A stretch of 64,000 nucleotides of DNA. It comes from Alphaproteobacteria bacterium (GTDB lineage Bacteria; Pseudomonadota; Alphaproteobacteria; UBA2966). The stretch covers positions 1,728,001 through 1,792,000 of the forward strand of contig OZ219856.1 of assembly GCA_964291395.2 (NCBI GenBank). The letters are read 5' to 3'. Positions 34,701-44,942 of the stretch are shown piece after piece. The notes beneath the pieces are model-generated. The model was not told the DNA's origin and did no database searches. It was given only the letters and a program-made list of their open reading frames with translations. Position numbers and translations under genes: made by a program. The first letter of the stretch is position 1. Every line of letters starts with the position of its first letter.

Positions 34701-34937
34701 CTAGCCGCTGGCGGCCTTGTCTTTTTCGGCCTCCGAACGGACAGCCCCGGAGGTGTCTGCGTCGATGACCTTGGCGTCGTCACCGTCGGCGACGGCTTCC
34801 TCCTTCATGCCCTTCTTGAAACTCTTGATCCCCTTGGCGATGTCACCCATGAGCGCCGGGATCTTGCCTCTGCCTCCAAACAGAATGAGCACGACCGCGA
34901 GGACGATCAGCCAATGCCAGATACTGAATGTTCCCAT
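34701..34937 (-). CDS. tatA: Twin-arginine translocase subunit TatA
   Basis: [12 protein letters not shown]...[22 protein letters not shown]. Confidence 0.96.
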   Translation of the reverse strand: MGTFSIWHWLIVLAVVLILFGGRGKIPALMGDIAKGIKSFKKGMKEEAVADGDDAKVIDADTSGAVRSEAEKDKAASG

Positions 34938-34975
34938 TGTCTCGTCCGCCTTGCCGGTGGTGAATTGCTCTTACA

Positions 34976-36034
34976 CTAGCCGGATGACAATGGAAATACG
35001 AATGTTTGCGAGGAATCCAAGGTTAGCCGGCACTTCGCGTCCGGTTTCGGAGGATGCGTTCCCGTCACGCGCGCCTCGAACACCGGCCCTCCGACCTCGG
35101 TCCTGACATAGACCAAGCTGTATGGCCCGAGGACACGGCTTTCGACCACCGTCGCGATGACCGAATCCGACTCCGACCCGCCGATACCGCCGAGCCGTAT
35201 CGCCTCGGGTCGCACGAGAATCTGCGTGGCGGTTCCCTCGGGAAGATGATCGGCGTCAAGCCTCCCCAACTGCGTCCGTACGGATCCATTCTCAACAATT
35301 CCCTTTAAGCTATTGACTTTACTGAAAAATGTACAGCAGAACGGACCGTCAGGTTCTCTGTAGACGCGGTCCGGCGCACCTTCCTGGACGAGTCGGCCTT
35401 CGCGCATCAGGGCGATACGGTCAGCCATGCGCATGGCCTCCTCCGGATCGTGAGTAACCAGAAGCGTCGCCGTGCCGAGTTCCTTGAGCAACGACAGCGT
35501 GTCGTCGCGAATGCGATCGCGCAGTCCGATGTCGAGACCGGAAAACGGCTCGTCCATCAACATGAGAGCAGGTTTCGGTGCGAGCGCGCGGGCCAAGGCG
35601 ACGCGCTGCTGCTCACCTCCCGACAGCGTGTGTGGAAAAGCGTTCGCGAGATGCGCCAGTCCGACCCGATCCAGCATTTTGTTCGCCGCCACGCGGCGCG
35701 CGCGGGCCGGCGGACCATCGGTCATACCAAAAGCAACGTTCTCCAGTACCCGAAGGTGGGGGAACAGCGCATAGTCCTGGAAGACGAGACCGACACCCCG
35801 CATCTCCGGAGGCACATGACGACCGTCGCCGCCGACCAAGCGGTCGTTGACGGTGACCCGGCCGCTCTGCACTTCCTCGAGACCCGCGGCGATTCGCAAT
35901 GTCGTCGTCTTGCCGCAACCGGAGGGGCCCACCAAGCACACCACTTCTCCCTTGTCGACTTCGAGGCTGACGTCGTCGACGGCAACCTTGCCGTGGAAGG
36001 CGTGGGTGATGTGTTCAAGGCGAAGACCGACCAT
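34976..36034 (-). CDS. ABC transporter ATP-binding protein (FbpC/PotA-like)
   Basis: GPSGCGKTT, VFQDYALFPH, LSGGEQQRVALARA, VTHD, C-terminal TOBE-like region. Confidence 0.93.
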   Translation of the reverse strand: MVGLRLEHITHAFHGKVAVDDVSLEVDKGEVVCLVGPSGCGKTTTLRIAAGLEEVQSGRVTVNDRLVGGDGRHVPPEMRGVGLVFQDYALFPHLRVLENVAFGMTDGPPARARRVAANKMLDRVGLAHLANAFPHTLSGGEQQRVALARALAPKPALMLMDEPFSGLDIGLRDRIRDDTLSLLKELGTATLLVTHDPEEAMRMADRIALMREGRLVQEGAPDRVYREPDGPFCCTFFSKVNSLKGIVENGSVRTQLGRLDADHLPEGTATQILVRPEAIRLGGIGGSESDSVIATVVESRVLGPYSLVYVRTEVGGPVFEARVTGTHPPKPDAKCRLTLDSSQTFVFPLSSG

Positions 36035-36110
36035 GACTCAAGCCAGTGACTGCCCCGGCCATACCTGCGCCGCGGCCGTCCGTGGAACGAACAGTTCCCG
36101 GCCGACAGCC

Positions 36111-36232
36111 GCTGCAGAGGTTCCAGTTCGGCTGGAACCTCTGCAGCATTCCTTTTCACCCACGGCAACGGACCGGCGAGCCGCATCGCGGCTTCTATGG
36201 CGGTTCGAGTTGGGCTCGAACCACCAAGGCGA
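36111..36232 (+). repeat. Dispersed palindromic repeat copy 2, plus a second related hairpin
   Basis: GCTGCAGAGGTTCCAG-ttcgg-CTGGAACCTCTGCAGC is a perfect 16-bp stem (36111-36147). TGGCGGTTCGAG-ttggg-CTCGAACCACCA follows near 36198-36226. Confidence 0.72.
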
Positions 36233-36496
36233 CGTACGAACGGTTTCACCAACCGTAGTCACGGTTCATTCCAGCCCGACATTCTTGTTGCGGGAGAGGC
36301 TCCACGGCTATCGCGCTACGGACCCTATGACGATGAACATATAGAATTACTTCGTTCCTGCAAATTACTATTACTTGCAGCGATTGAAATGTCAGGAATG
36401 AATCGAACTCCAAGCGGCACGCCCCCTCTCGCTCACCCGACTGCGCCGGAGGTTACGCCGAGGCGAGGCTTCGGATACGCAAATGTAAAGACCGCC

Positions 36497-37138
36497 CTAA
36501 TCGACCGGCCGCGGGAACTCGGCGATCTCGGCATCACCTCCCGGCTCGTCGCCATCCTCCCTCTCACGCGCCGCCTGGACCCGCGCCTCCTCGATCATCG
36601 AAGACGGAGGACGCGGCTGAAGCAGGCCCGATGCCTTGAGCTCGTCCAGTCCCGGCAATTCGTCGATGGCGTTGAATCCGAAATGCACCAGGAACTCGTC
36701 CGTGGTCCCGTAAGTCACCGGCCGGCCGGGGGTACGCCGGCGTCCTTTGGGCCTGATCCAGCCGATCTCCAGCAGCAGGTCCAACGTGCCGCGGCTCAGC
36801 CCCACGCCCCGAATTTCCTCGATTTCGGCCCGCGTCACGGGCTGGTGATAGGCGGTGATAGCCAGCGTCTCGACAGCGGCACGGCTGAGGCGCCGGGTCA
36901 CTTGAGTCTCCTTCTGGAGCAGGAATTTAAGATCGGGCGCCGTGCGCAAGGTCCACTTGCCCGCTACCTGCACGAGATTGACGCCCCGCTCGCGGTACGC
37001 CTTCCGAAGCGCTTCGAGCGTGGCCGGCACATCAATGTCCTCGGGCAGGCGCGCGGTGAGGCTCGCCTCGTCCAGCGGCTCGGCCGCCGCGAACAAAAGG
37101 GCTTCCATCATGCGGAGGTGCTGCGGGTCGATACTCAT
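36497..37138 (-). CDS. scpB: SMC-Scp complex subunit ScpB
   Basis: EALLFAA, LSRAAVETLAITAYHQPVTRAEIEEIRGV, PGRPVTYGTT. Confidence 0.96.
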   Translation of the reverse strand: MSIDPQHLRMMEALLFAAAEPLDEASLTARLPEDIDVPATLEALRKAYRERGVNLVQVAGKWTLRTAPDLKFLLQKETQVTRRLSRAAVETLAITAYHQPVTRAEIEEIRGVGLSRGTLDLLLEIGWIRPKGRRRTPGRPVTYGTTDEFLVHFGFNAIDELPGLDELKASGLLQPRPPSSMIEEARVQAAREREDGDEPGGDAEIAEFPRPVD

Positions 37139-37152
37139 CCCGCCGCGAGTCC

Positions 37153-37962
37153 TCACGCCTCATCCGGGGTGCTCTGCCCCGGTCGCTTGCGCCGCATGTA
37201 GATCGGGCCGAAGGTCTGAGCCTGACGCAACTCCACCTGCCCTTCCTTGGCCATCTCGAGACCGGCGCCGAGCATAGCGGAGACCGCGGAACGGTAGAGC
37301 ACGCTTCCCTTGATCTCAGGCGGCAAGAACGTTTCGAGGCGCTCCCAGCCCGGAAGGTCGCCGAGAACCCGGCGCAGGCGTTCGTGCGCCTGTTCCACCG
37401 AATAAAGCTCGCGCGCCGCAATGCTGAGCGGCTCGTTCGCGGCCCGTGCCCGATGACCCGCATAGGCGCGGAGAAACTCGAACACCGAAACCTCGTAGAC
37501 CGAATTCCGGATGATCCGAACCCCCTCCGGCTGTCCACGTTGGATAACGTCGCGGCCCAGCCGGTCGCGATCCATGATCCGCACCCCGGCCTCCCGCATG
37601 GCCCTGAGGCGCTGCAACTGGAACGACAGATGGGCGGCGAGCTCCGGCCCGGTGGGTACGTCTTCATCATCTACTTCGGGAAGCAGCAGGCGGGATTTGA
37701 GGTAGGCCAACCAAGCCGCCATAACCAAGTAGTCGGCGGCAACTTCGATACTGAGACGCCGCGCTTGGGCGATGAACGCCAAATACTGCTCGGCGAGCTG
37801 CAGAATCGAGATCCGGGTGAGATCAACCTTTTGGGACCGCGCGAGGACCAATAGAAGGTCCAGCGGACCCTCGTAGCCGTCGATATCGACGACCAACGCC
37901 ACATCGTCCGGGTCATCCCGAACGGGGTCAGACCAAACGTCGTCTCCAAGATCAGCGTTCAA
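37153..37962 (-). CDS. scpA: Segregation/condensation protein ScpA
   Basis: YEGPLDLLL and ADYLVMAAWLAYLKSRLLLP. Confidence 0.96.
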   Translation of the reverse strand: MNADLGDDVWSDPVRDDPDDVALVVDIDGYEGPLDLLLVLARSQKVDLTRISILQLAEQYLAFIAQARRLSIEVAADYLVMAAWLAYLKSRLLLPEVDDEDVPTGPELAAHLSFQLQRLRAMREAGVRIMDRDRLGRDVIQRGQPEGVRIIRNSVYEVSVFEFLRAYAGHRARAANEPLSIAARELYSVEQAHERLRRVLGDLPGWERLETFLPPEIKGSVLYRSAVSAMLGAGLEMAKEGQVELRQAQTFGPIYMRRKRPGQSTPDEA

Positions 37963-37967
37963 GGTAC

Positions 37968-38654
37968 CTATACGTGCCCAGCCAACACGATGATCAGACT
38001 ATACAGCAACTCGACAGGCGGCCAAATCACGACGTCGAACAGGTTGACCCCCATACCGAACTGGCCGCTCAACGTGGGCAAAATGAAGAGCAGCAGAATC
38101 AGGATCAACATGCCATAGCGCTCGAGTCTGGCAAACGGCAATGCCAGGGCGCGCGGAAGCAAGCCGACCGCGATGCGACCGCCGTCGAGTGGCGGCAAGG
38201 GCAACATGTTGAAGACGGCGAGGACGAGATTGAGGAGCAACGATCGGCGCAGGGTCTCCGCCAGCCACATGCTGACGTCATGCGGAAACAACTCGAGGAA
38301 ATGGAACAGAACGGCCGAAACGAATGCCAACGCCAGATTCGTCGCTGGTCCCGCCAGGGCAACCAGGATCATGTCCCGCCGTGGGCTGTTGAGCCGACCG
38401 AAATCGACGGGAACGGGTTTGGCGTAGCCGAACATGATCCGCCCGCCGGACAGGAACAGCAGGAGAGCCGGCAGCAGGACCGTGCCGAAGGAATCGATGT
38501 GACGGAACGGATTGAACGACACGCGGCGCATGCGATAGGCCGTATCGTCACCGAGCTTCCAGGCGACATAGCCGTGGGCGGCCTCATGGAAGGTGATGGC
38601 GATCAGGACGGGTACGACCCAAACCGATGCCTCGTAAGCGAGATCCGCGATCAC
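37968..38654 (-). CDS. Site-2 protease (M50) family protein
   Basis: HEAAH zinc motif, AGPATN, FNMLPLPPLDGG. Confidence 0.93.
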   Translation of the reverse strand: MIADLAYEASVWVVPVLIAITFHEAAHGYVAWKLGDDTAYRMRRVSFNPFRHIDSFGTVLLPALLLFLSGGRIMFGYAKPVPVDFGRLNSPRRDMILVALAGPATNLALAFVSAVLFHFLELFPHDVSMWLAETLRRSLLLNLVLAVFNMLPLPPLDGGRIAVGLLPRALALPFARLERYGMLILILLLFILPTLSGQFGMGVNLFDVVIWPPVELLYSLIIVLAGHV

Positions 38655-39682
38655 AATGGTCCGCTTCTTTCCGCCCGGTTCAATGCTTCTTCGATGCGCG
38701 AAACGGCAGCCGGGACATGGAGGAATTCCGGCTCACTCAGTCGCCCTAGGGCTGCGTCGAGCCGCTGCCGTCCGGCCTTATCGAGCGGACCGGCATGCTC
38801 AGCCACCGACGCCATCTCGTCCGCGTCCCCATTGCAATGCAACGCCACATCACAACCGGCCGCCCGGGCGGCCAGGGTGCGGTCTCTCATGTCACCCGGC
38901 AAAGCATTCATAGATAGATCATCGGTCATCAACAAGCCGCCGAACCCGATGTCATCGCGAATGAGCCCGATCACGTCAGGAGAGGTTGTAGCGGGGCGGT
39001 TCCTGTCAAGGGTGGTGAACACGACGTGCGCGGTCATGGCAAGCGGCGCGTCCGAAAGCGAGCGGAAGGGCGCGAAATCGAGGCGGTCGAGGTCCTCTCG
39101 GTCCGCGGTGACGATGGGGAGCGCCTCGTGGCTGTCGACTTCGGCGCGGCCGTGTCCCGGGATGTGCTTGATGACGGGCAGCACGCCGCCCGCCTCGAGC
39201 CCGTCGCAGGTCGCATGGCCGAGCGCCGCGACAAGGTCGGGGTCGGCGGCAAAGGCCCGATCCCCGATCACGTCGTGGGCACCGGGTACCGGAACGTCCA
39301 AGACGGGAATACAATCGACATTGACTCCAAGGGGTCGTAGGTCCGCGGCGATGAGCTGTGCGTTGAGGCGGGCCAGCTCTGCAGCGAGACCGCTGTCTTC
39401 CGCTGCGAGACGACCAAACTCGGCCGCGGCGGGCGGCGGGCGCCAATGGGGCGGCCCCAGCCGGCGCACGCACCCCCCTTCCTGGTCGATCAGCACCAGG
39501 CCATCGTCCGTTCCCACGGCGTCGCGCCACGAATCGGTCAGACGACGTACCTGCTCGGGCGAGCGGCAATTGCGTGAAAACAGGATCAGGCCGACCGGCC
39601 TCGTCTCACGAAACAAGACCTGCTCGGGTTCGGTAAGTTCCTCACCGGCACACCCCAGTATGGCGGCGAGCCGTTCGGTCAC
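38651..39682 (-). CDS. nagZ: Beta-N-acetylhexosaminidase
   Basis: IDQEGG, KHIPGHG...DSH, MTDDLSM. GTG start overlaps the upstream stop. Confidence 0.95.
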   Translation of the reverse strand: MTERLAAILGCAGEELTEPEQVLFRETRPVGLILFSRNCRSPEQVRRLTDSWRDAVGTDDGLVLIDQEGGCVRRLGPPHWRPPPAAAEFGRLAAEDSGLAAELARLNAQLIAADLRPLGVNVDCIPVLDVPVPGAHDVIGDRAFAADPDLVAALGHATCDGLEAGGVLPVIKHIPGHGRAEVDSHEALPIVTADREDLDRLDFAPFRSLSDAPLAMTAHVVFTTLDRNRPATTSPDVIGLIRDDIGFGGLLMTDDLSMNALPGDMRDRTLAARAAGCDVALHCNGDADEMASVAEHAGPLDKAGRQRLDAALGRLSEPEFLHVPAAVSRIEEALNRAERSGPL

Positions 39683-40635
39683 CTGGCGGCGGGACGGACA
39701 ACCAGACAGCCGAGCTTTCGTTGCTGGAGCCTGTCGCACATGGCGCGGGCGGCTCCTAGACCATCGAGCGGACCCGCTTGCAACCGATAGTAGATTCCCC
39801 GGTCCCCGAGATCGACGCGCACCACGACGTGATCGAGGGAGCCGAGGAGCGACTCCTCTCTTGCGATCAACCGGTTCCACCCGCCTTCGGCGGCGTCGGC
39901 GCTTCGGTAGGCGCCGAGCTGGACGCGAAAGCTCGACAAGATCGCGGGATCAGAGGCGCTGGTCTGGACCGCCGCTGTCCGTTGCGGCCGCCGTGGTGCG
40001 GCCGACGGTTGCCGCGTGGGTTCTTGCGCCGTTTCATCGGAGACCCGGGGAACCGGCGGAGGTGAACGCACGGCCCGACCGGCCGGCGGTTCTCCGGCAG
40101 CCGTTTCCACCGTCTTCGCGGCCGCCGGTCCAGCAGATGAACTCCCTAACCCGGCGTCAGTCGATTTTGGCGGTGGTGGGAACGGCACGATTGCCTTCCC
40201 CACCGAATTCTCATCGGCAACGGACGACCCGAGCAACTTCTCCCTTGATACGGGCTGCTCGGGTTCCGGCCGCAGGCGGACCTCTTCTTCCTCGGTTGCC
40301 TCGCCGCCCGCCATGCGCTCGTAGATTTGCTTGTCCTGATGCGGAACCTCGAGCCCACCCGGATCGTCAGGAGGAACCTTGACCGGACCAGGGTCCGCCC
40401 TGACCAACGGAGGTGCCGTTTCCACACCTTTGCGGACACCCTGTTCGTAGGCGAACCAAAGCGCGCCGGCAATGGCGGACAGCGTGACCCAAGCGATCAA
40501 AGCGGGGACGCCCCAACGGCGGCCTACCGTATCTTCCGGTGCGGAACGCTCTTCCTGTTCTGGCGGCTCGGTCCGGCCCTCGCGTAGGTAGGCGGGGGGC
40601 GGACCATGCGGAGGCTGGGTGGAATCGGAGGCCAT
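39679..40635 (-). CDS. SPOR domain protein (FtsN-like)
   Basis: One TM helix, P.DPGG.EVP.QDK.IY motif, C-terminal VQLGAY...YYRLQAGP SPOR domain; lies between argS and nagZ. Confidence 0.9.
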   Translation of the reverse strand: MASDSTQPPHGPPPAYLREGRTEPPEQEERSAPEDTVGRRWGVPALIAWVTLSAIAGALWFAYEQGVRKGVETAPPLVRADPGPVKVPPDDPGGLEVPHQDKQIYERMAGGEATEEEEVRLRPEPEQPVSREKLLGSSVADENSVGKAIVPFPPPPKSTDAGLGSSSAGPAAAKTVETAAGEPPAGRAVRSPPPVPRVSDETAQEPTRQPSAAPRRPQRTAAVQTSASDPAILSSFRVQLGAYRSADAAEGGWNRLIAREESLLGSLDHVVVRVDLGDRGIYYRLQAGPLDGLGAARAMCDRLQQRKLGCLVVRPAAR

Positions 40636-42387
40636 CTAGCGCATTTCCTCCACCGGCTCCACGCCCATCACCTGGAGCCCGCTGGCAATCACCGTCGCCA
40701 CGCCTCTCACCAGCGCCGCCCGCGCAAGGGTGAGTTCCGCGTCTTCATCGACAATGAAGCGCAAAGCCGGGTCCTCCTTGCCCCTGTTCCAGAACTGATG
40801 GAACGCCGACGCGACGTCGTGGATATAGAACGCGATGCGATGAGGCTCATGGGCCTCCGCCGCAGTCTCGATCAGGCGGGGCCAACCGCCGAGCAATTTG
40901 ATCAAAGCAAGCTCATCTCCATGGGTCAAGCGACCAAGATTGGCCCGACTCAAGGCCTTACCGTCGATTTCACACTGCAGGATTCCAGCCGCATTGCGTA
41001 GGACAGAGCAGGCCCGGGCGTGCGCGTACTGCACGTAGAACACCGGGTTGTCACGGGATTGCTCGGTCACGGCCACGAAGTCGAAATCGAGCGGAGCGTC
41101 GTTCTTCCGCGTCAACATGATGAAACGCACCACGTCCTTTCCAACCTCGTCGACGATGTCGCTGATCGTCACGAAGCTTCCGGCTCGCTTCGACATATGA
41201 ACCGGCTCACCGCCACGGCTGAGCTTCACCAACTGATATAGCTTGACATCCAACTCGGCAGCATTTCCGGACAAAGCCGCCACGGCCGCTTTCATACGCT
41301 TCACGTGGCCCGCATGGTCCGCTCCCCAGACGTCGATCATGGTGTTGAAGCCACGCGCGATCTTGTCGCGGTGATAGGCGACATCGCTCGCGAAGTAGGT
41401 CCAATTGCCGTCTGACTTCTTGAGAGGCCGATCGACGTCGTCACCAAAAGCCGTAGATCTGAACAATGTCTGTTCGCGCGGCTCCCAATGTTCGGGCAAT
41501 TTTCCTTTGGGCGCTTCGAGCACTCCTTCGTAAATCAAGCCTTCGTCAGCCAACAGGCTCTCTGCCTCATCCACCCTGCCGGACTCTACAAGTTCGCTTT
41601 CCGACGAAAACACATCGATGTTCGCACCCACGGCATCGAGATCGGTCCGGATCAAATCCATCATCGCGTCCGTGGCGGCCTTGCGAAGGTTCGGCAACCA
41701 TTTATCTTCGTCTTCCTTCAGCCATCTGTCTCCGTACTCGGCCGCCAGCCGTTCACCTACGGGAAGCAGGTATTCGCCGGGATAGAGGCCTTCAGGTATC
41801 TCTTCGATGTCTTCGCCAAGCGCCTCGCGGTAACGGAGATGCGCCGATCGGGCCAGGATATCCACCTGGGTTCCGGCATCGTTGATGTAGTACTCGCGGG
41901 TCACGCGAAAACCCGTCTTCTGCAAGAGGTTGGCGAGCGCGTCCCCAAATACCGCGCCACGGGCATTCCCCACGTGCAACGGGCCCGTCGGATTCGCCGA
42001 CACATACTCCACGTTGACCGCCTGGCCCTGTCCGAGATCGGAGTCGCCATAGGACGTCCCCGCATCCAGTACATCGCGGAGGCGGTCGTGCAGGAAGGCA
42101 TCACTAAGTCGAATGTTGACGAACCCGGGGCCAGCCACGCTGACCTCCGACAACTCCGAAGCGCGGTCCAAGGCTGCGGCCAAAAACTCCGCGACCTCGC
42201 GGGGTTTGAGCCCTGTCTTCCCGGCCAACACGAGGGCCGCATTGGTGGCCACGTCGCCATGCGACGGATCCCGTGGCGGCTCCACATTTATCGACTTGAG
42301 ATCGAGCCCCGTCGGCAACGCGCCGGAAGAAATCAAATTCTCAACTGAATTAAGAATAATATATCTTAAATATTTGAAATAATCCAT
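40636..42387 (-). CDS. argS: Arginine-tRNA ligase
   Basis: [38 protein letters not shown]. Confidence 0.98.
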   Translation of the reverse strand: MDYFKYLRYIILNSVENLISSGALPTGLDLKSINVEPPRDPSHGDVATNAALVLAGKTGLKPREVAEFLAAALDRASELSEVSVAGPGFVNIRLSDAFLHDRLRDVLDAGTSYGDSDLGQGQAVNVEYVSANPTGPLHVGNARGAVFGDALANLLQKTGFRVTREYYINDAGTQVDILARSAHLRYREALGEDIEEIPEGLYPGEYLLPVGERLAAEYGDRWLKEDEDKWLPNLRKAATDAMMDLIRTDLDAVGANIDVFSSESELVESGRVDEAESLLADEGLIYEGVLEAPKGKLPEHWEPREQTLFRSTAFGDDVDRPLKKSDGNWTYFASDVAYHRDKIARGFNTMIDVWGADHAGHVKRMKAAVAALSGNAAELDVKLYQLVKLSRGGEPVHMSKRAGSFVTISDIVDEVGKDVVRFIMLTRKNDAPLDFDFVAVTEQSRDNPVFYVQYAHARACSVLRNAAGILQCEIDGKALSRANLGRLTHGDELALIKLLGGWPRLIETAAEAHEPHRIAFYIHDVASAFHQFWNRGKEDPALRFIVDEDAELTLARAALVRGVATVIASGLQVMGVEPVEEMR

Positions 42388-42389
42388 TT

Positions 42390-43589
42390 TTATTCACAAT
42401 GCAATAGACGACGATGCTCCGAAAGTGCATAACGGTCCGTCATTCCAGCAATGAAATCACAGACGAGGCGAGGGAGTCCCGAGGGTCGGCACTCGCGTGC
42501 ACTTTCCCGCCATTCCTCCGGCAATGCCTCCGGTTTCTCAAGGTATTCCTGGAATATCTCGGCGACGACTCGCCGCCCATAGTCCGACATCTCGTTGACC
42601 CTCACGTGCCGGTACATATTGCCGAACAGGAAATCCTTCAAGGCGCGATCTCCTTCGATAGTTTCCGCACTCATCCCGATCATCGCCCGATCGCTCTGCC
42701 GAATTGCGTCGACGTTCCGTGGAGCAGCCGCATCGAGGCGGAACCGCGACTCCGCGACCACGTCCGCGATCATCAGCGATATCAGGCGTCGGATGGTCTC
42801 GTGAACGGTTCGCGACCGCTCAGTCTCCGGATACAAGGTTTGAACCTCGGCAAGCACCGGCCCAACGAGGGGAACGTCCCGTAGATCGGCAAGATCAAAG
42901 AGGTCCGCACGGAGACCGTCATCCACATCATGATTGTTGTAGGCGATATCGTCGGCAATCGCGGCAACCTGGGCTTCGGCGCTGGCGAACGTGGAAAGCT
43001 CGAGATCATGAACCGCGACGTATTCCGCGAGAGTTTCATGCAGTGAATCATCGTCACCGGGCTCAGCTGCACGGGAGCCCGTCAACGGTCCGTTGTGCTT
43101 AACCACGCCTTCCAAGGTTTCCCACGTCAAGTTGAGACCATCGAACGCGGCATAGCGCCGCTCCAGCTTGGTCAGGACCCGCAGAGTCTGGGCGTTATGG
43201 TCGAAGCCGCCGTAGGGAGACATGACACCGTCGAGCGCCTCCTCCCCCGCGTGCCCGAAGGGTGGGTGCCCGAGATCGTGCGCCAGCGCCAGTGTTTCCG
43301 CAAGGTCTTCGTTCAGACGAAGTGTGCGGGCGATGGTTCGCGCGATTTGTGCGACTTCCAAGGAATGTGTCAAACGCGTGCGATAGTGATCGCCTTCGTG
43401 ATAGACGAACACTTGGGTCTTGTGCTTGAGCCTTCGGAACGCCGTCGAATGGAGTATCCGGTCGCGGTCGCGCTGAAACGGTGTCCGGGTTTCGCTCTCC
43501 GGTTCCGCGTGAAGACGCCCCCGGCTCGCTGCCGGATCGCATGCGTATGCTGCCGGCGACGGCGCGCCGATACGCGAAACGCCGTTCAT
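42390..43589 (-). CDS. dgt: Deoxyguanosinetriphosphate triphosphohydrolase
   Basis: [44 protein letters not shown]. Confidence 0.95.
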   Translation of the reverse strand: MNGVSRIGAPSPAAYACDPAASRGRLHAEPESETRTPFQRDRDRILHSTAFRRLKHKTQVFVYHEGDHYRTRLTHSLEVAQIARTIARTLRLNEDLAETLALAHDLGHPPFGHAGEEALDGVMSPYGGFDHNAQTLRVLTKLERRYAAFDGLNLTWETLEGVVKHNGPLTGSRAAEPGDDDSLHETLAEYVAVHDLELSTFASAEAQVAAIADDIAYNNHDVDDGLRADLFDLADLRDVPLVGPVLAEVQTLYPETERSRTVHETIRRLISLMIADVVAESRFRLDAAAPRNVDAIRQSDRAMIGMSAETIEGDRALKDFLFGNMYRHVRVNEMSDYGRRVVAEIFQEYLEKPEALPEEWRESARECRPSGLPRLVCDFIAGMTDRYALSEHRRLLHCE

Positions 43590-43734
43590 GAGCCGGGACA
43601 CTACTCCGGGCTCCGGTCACCTGCAATGCTGTTTGCACCGCCACTAACGCTTACGGCAAGGTTGGTAATTGCTCCAGGTTTCTTATATACATGGAGCACA
43701 TGATGAGAATCTTTCTCGGCAGGTTAAGCGACGC

Positions 43735-44082
43735 ATGATGAGCGATCGTGAACTGACACCCATGACATTGAGCGAGAATGCGGCCCGGCGCATCCGTTTC
43801 CTCATGGAGCGGGAAAACCAGCCCGACGCGGCCGTCCGGGTCACTGTGAGCGGCGGCGGTTGCGCCGGCTTCCAGTACGGCTTCGACTTCGACGTGACGG
43901 TGGCCGAGGACGACTTCGTGTTCGAGCGGGACGGGGCTTGCATCGTCGTGGATCCCCTGTCGTTGAGCTTTCTTCAGGGCTCCGAAGTCGACTACGTCGA
44001 AGAACTGATCGGCGCGTCGTTCCAGATCACGATTCCCAAGGCCTCCTCCTCCTGCAGTTGCGGAACGTCATTCGCGATGTGA
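43735..44082 (+). CDS. erpA: Iron-sulfur cluster insertion protein (HesB/ErpA family)
   Basis: GGGCAGFQY and CSCGTSF; usual position between dgt and xth. Confidence 0.9.
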   Translation: MMSDRELTPMTLSENAARRIRFLMERENQPDAAVRVTVSGGGCAGFQYGFDFDVTVAEDDFVFERDGACIVVDPLSLSFLQGSEVDYVEELIGASFQITIPKASSSCSCGTSFAM

Positions 44083-44166
44083 GGTACAGGCGGGCTGTCG
44101 GCACATCTACACTGTGCTAAGAACAGGCTCGGGCTTCCGGGCCTTTCTTGATTCGCAAGGAACCCT

Positions 44167-44937
44167 ATGAAGATCGCAACCTGGAACGTCAACTCGGTGA
44201 AGGCACGGCTGCCTCACGTCATCGACTATCTGCGTGAGAAATCGCCCGACGTGATCCTGTTGCAGGAAACCAAGGTCGTCGATGAAGCCTTTCCCGCCTT
44301 CGAGATCGAGGAGCTGGGTTACAACGTCGCCGTCCACGGCCAGAAGACCTACAACGGGGTCGCCATCCTCAGCAAACGGCCGGTCGACGACGTGGTGCGG
44401 GGTCTCGGAGGCGACAAGTTGGATGAGCAGGCACGCTACATCGAAGGAACGGTCGGAACAGTCCGCGTGGCGTCGATCTATCTTCCCAATGGAAACCCCG
44501 TCGGAACCGAGAAGTTCACATACAAGCTGTCGTGGATGGCCCGCCTCAGAGACCGCATGAAGGAGTTGCTGGAGACAGAAGAAGCCTGTGTGTTCGGGGG
44601 CGACTATAATGTGTGCCCCTCCGACATCGACGTCTACGACCCTTCGGAATTCGCCGGAGATGCGCTTTGCCAGTCTGAGTCCAGGAACCTTTTCCGATCC
44701 ATGATCTATCTGGGCCTGACCGACGCCTTGCGCGTGTTCCATCCCGAACCGGGCGTCTATTCCTATTGGGATTACCAGCGGGGCGCCTGGCCCAAAGATC
44801 ACGGACTGCGTATCGATCACCTGTTACTGACTCCGCAGGCAGCAGACCGTCTCGAGGCTGCTGATGTCGATCGTCGTCCGCGCGGCAAGGAAAAAGCGTC
44901 CGACCATACGCCGGTATGGTGTGAACTCGAGGAGTGA
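44167..44937 (+). CDS. xth: Exodeoxyribonuclease III
   Basis: MKIATWNVNS, LQETK, YNGVAI, GDYN, GLRIDH, SDHTPV. Confidence 0.96.
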   Translation: MKIATWNVNSVKARLPHVIDYLREKSPDVILLQETKVVDEAFPAFEIEELGYNVAVHGQKTYNGVAILSKRPVDDVVRGLGGDKLDEQARYIEGTVGTVRVASIYLPNGNPVGTEKFTYKLSWMARLRDRMKELLETEEACVFGGDYNVCPSDIDVYDPSEFAGDALCQSESRNLFRSMIYLGLTDALRVFHPEPGVYSYWDYQRGAWPKDHGLRIDHLLLTPQAADRLEAADVDRRPRGKEKASDHTPVWCELEE

Positions 44938-44942
44938 ATGGC

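Noticed and set aside
34976-36034. ABC ATPase without permease as an anomaly
   Set aside because: A lone FbpC-like ATPase between scpB and tatA is a common alphaproteobacterial arrangement.
36190-36260. GGTTCGAGT resembling a tRNA T-loop
   Set aside because: It is one arm of a local hairpin; no cloverleaf, acceptor stem or CCA end can be built.
25560-36260. Palindromic repeats as a CRISPR array
   Set aside because: Copies are more than 10 kb apart, divergent, lack regular spacers, and no cas genes are present.
37974-40382. 802-aa plus-strand ORF, and similar long ORFs at 26006-27958 and 31679-33370
   Set aside because: Antisense shadows of well-supported genes, expected at high GC; no recognisable motifs.
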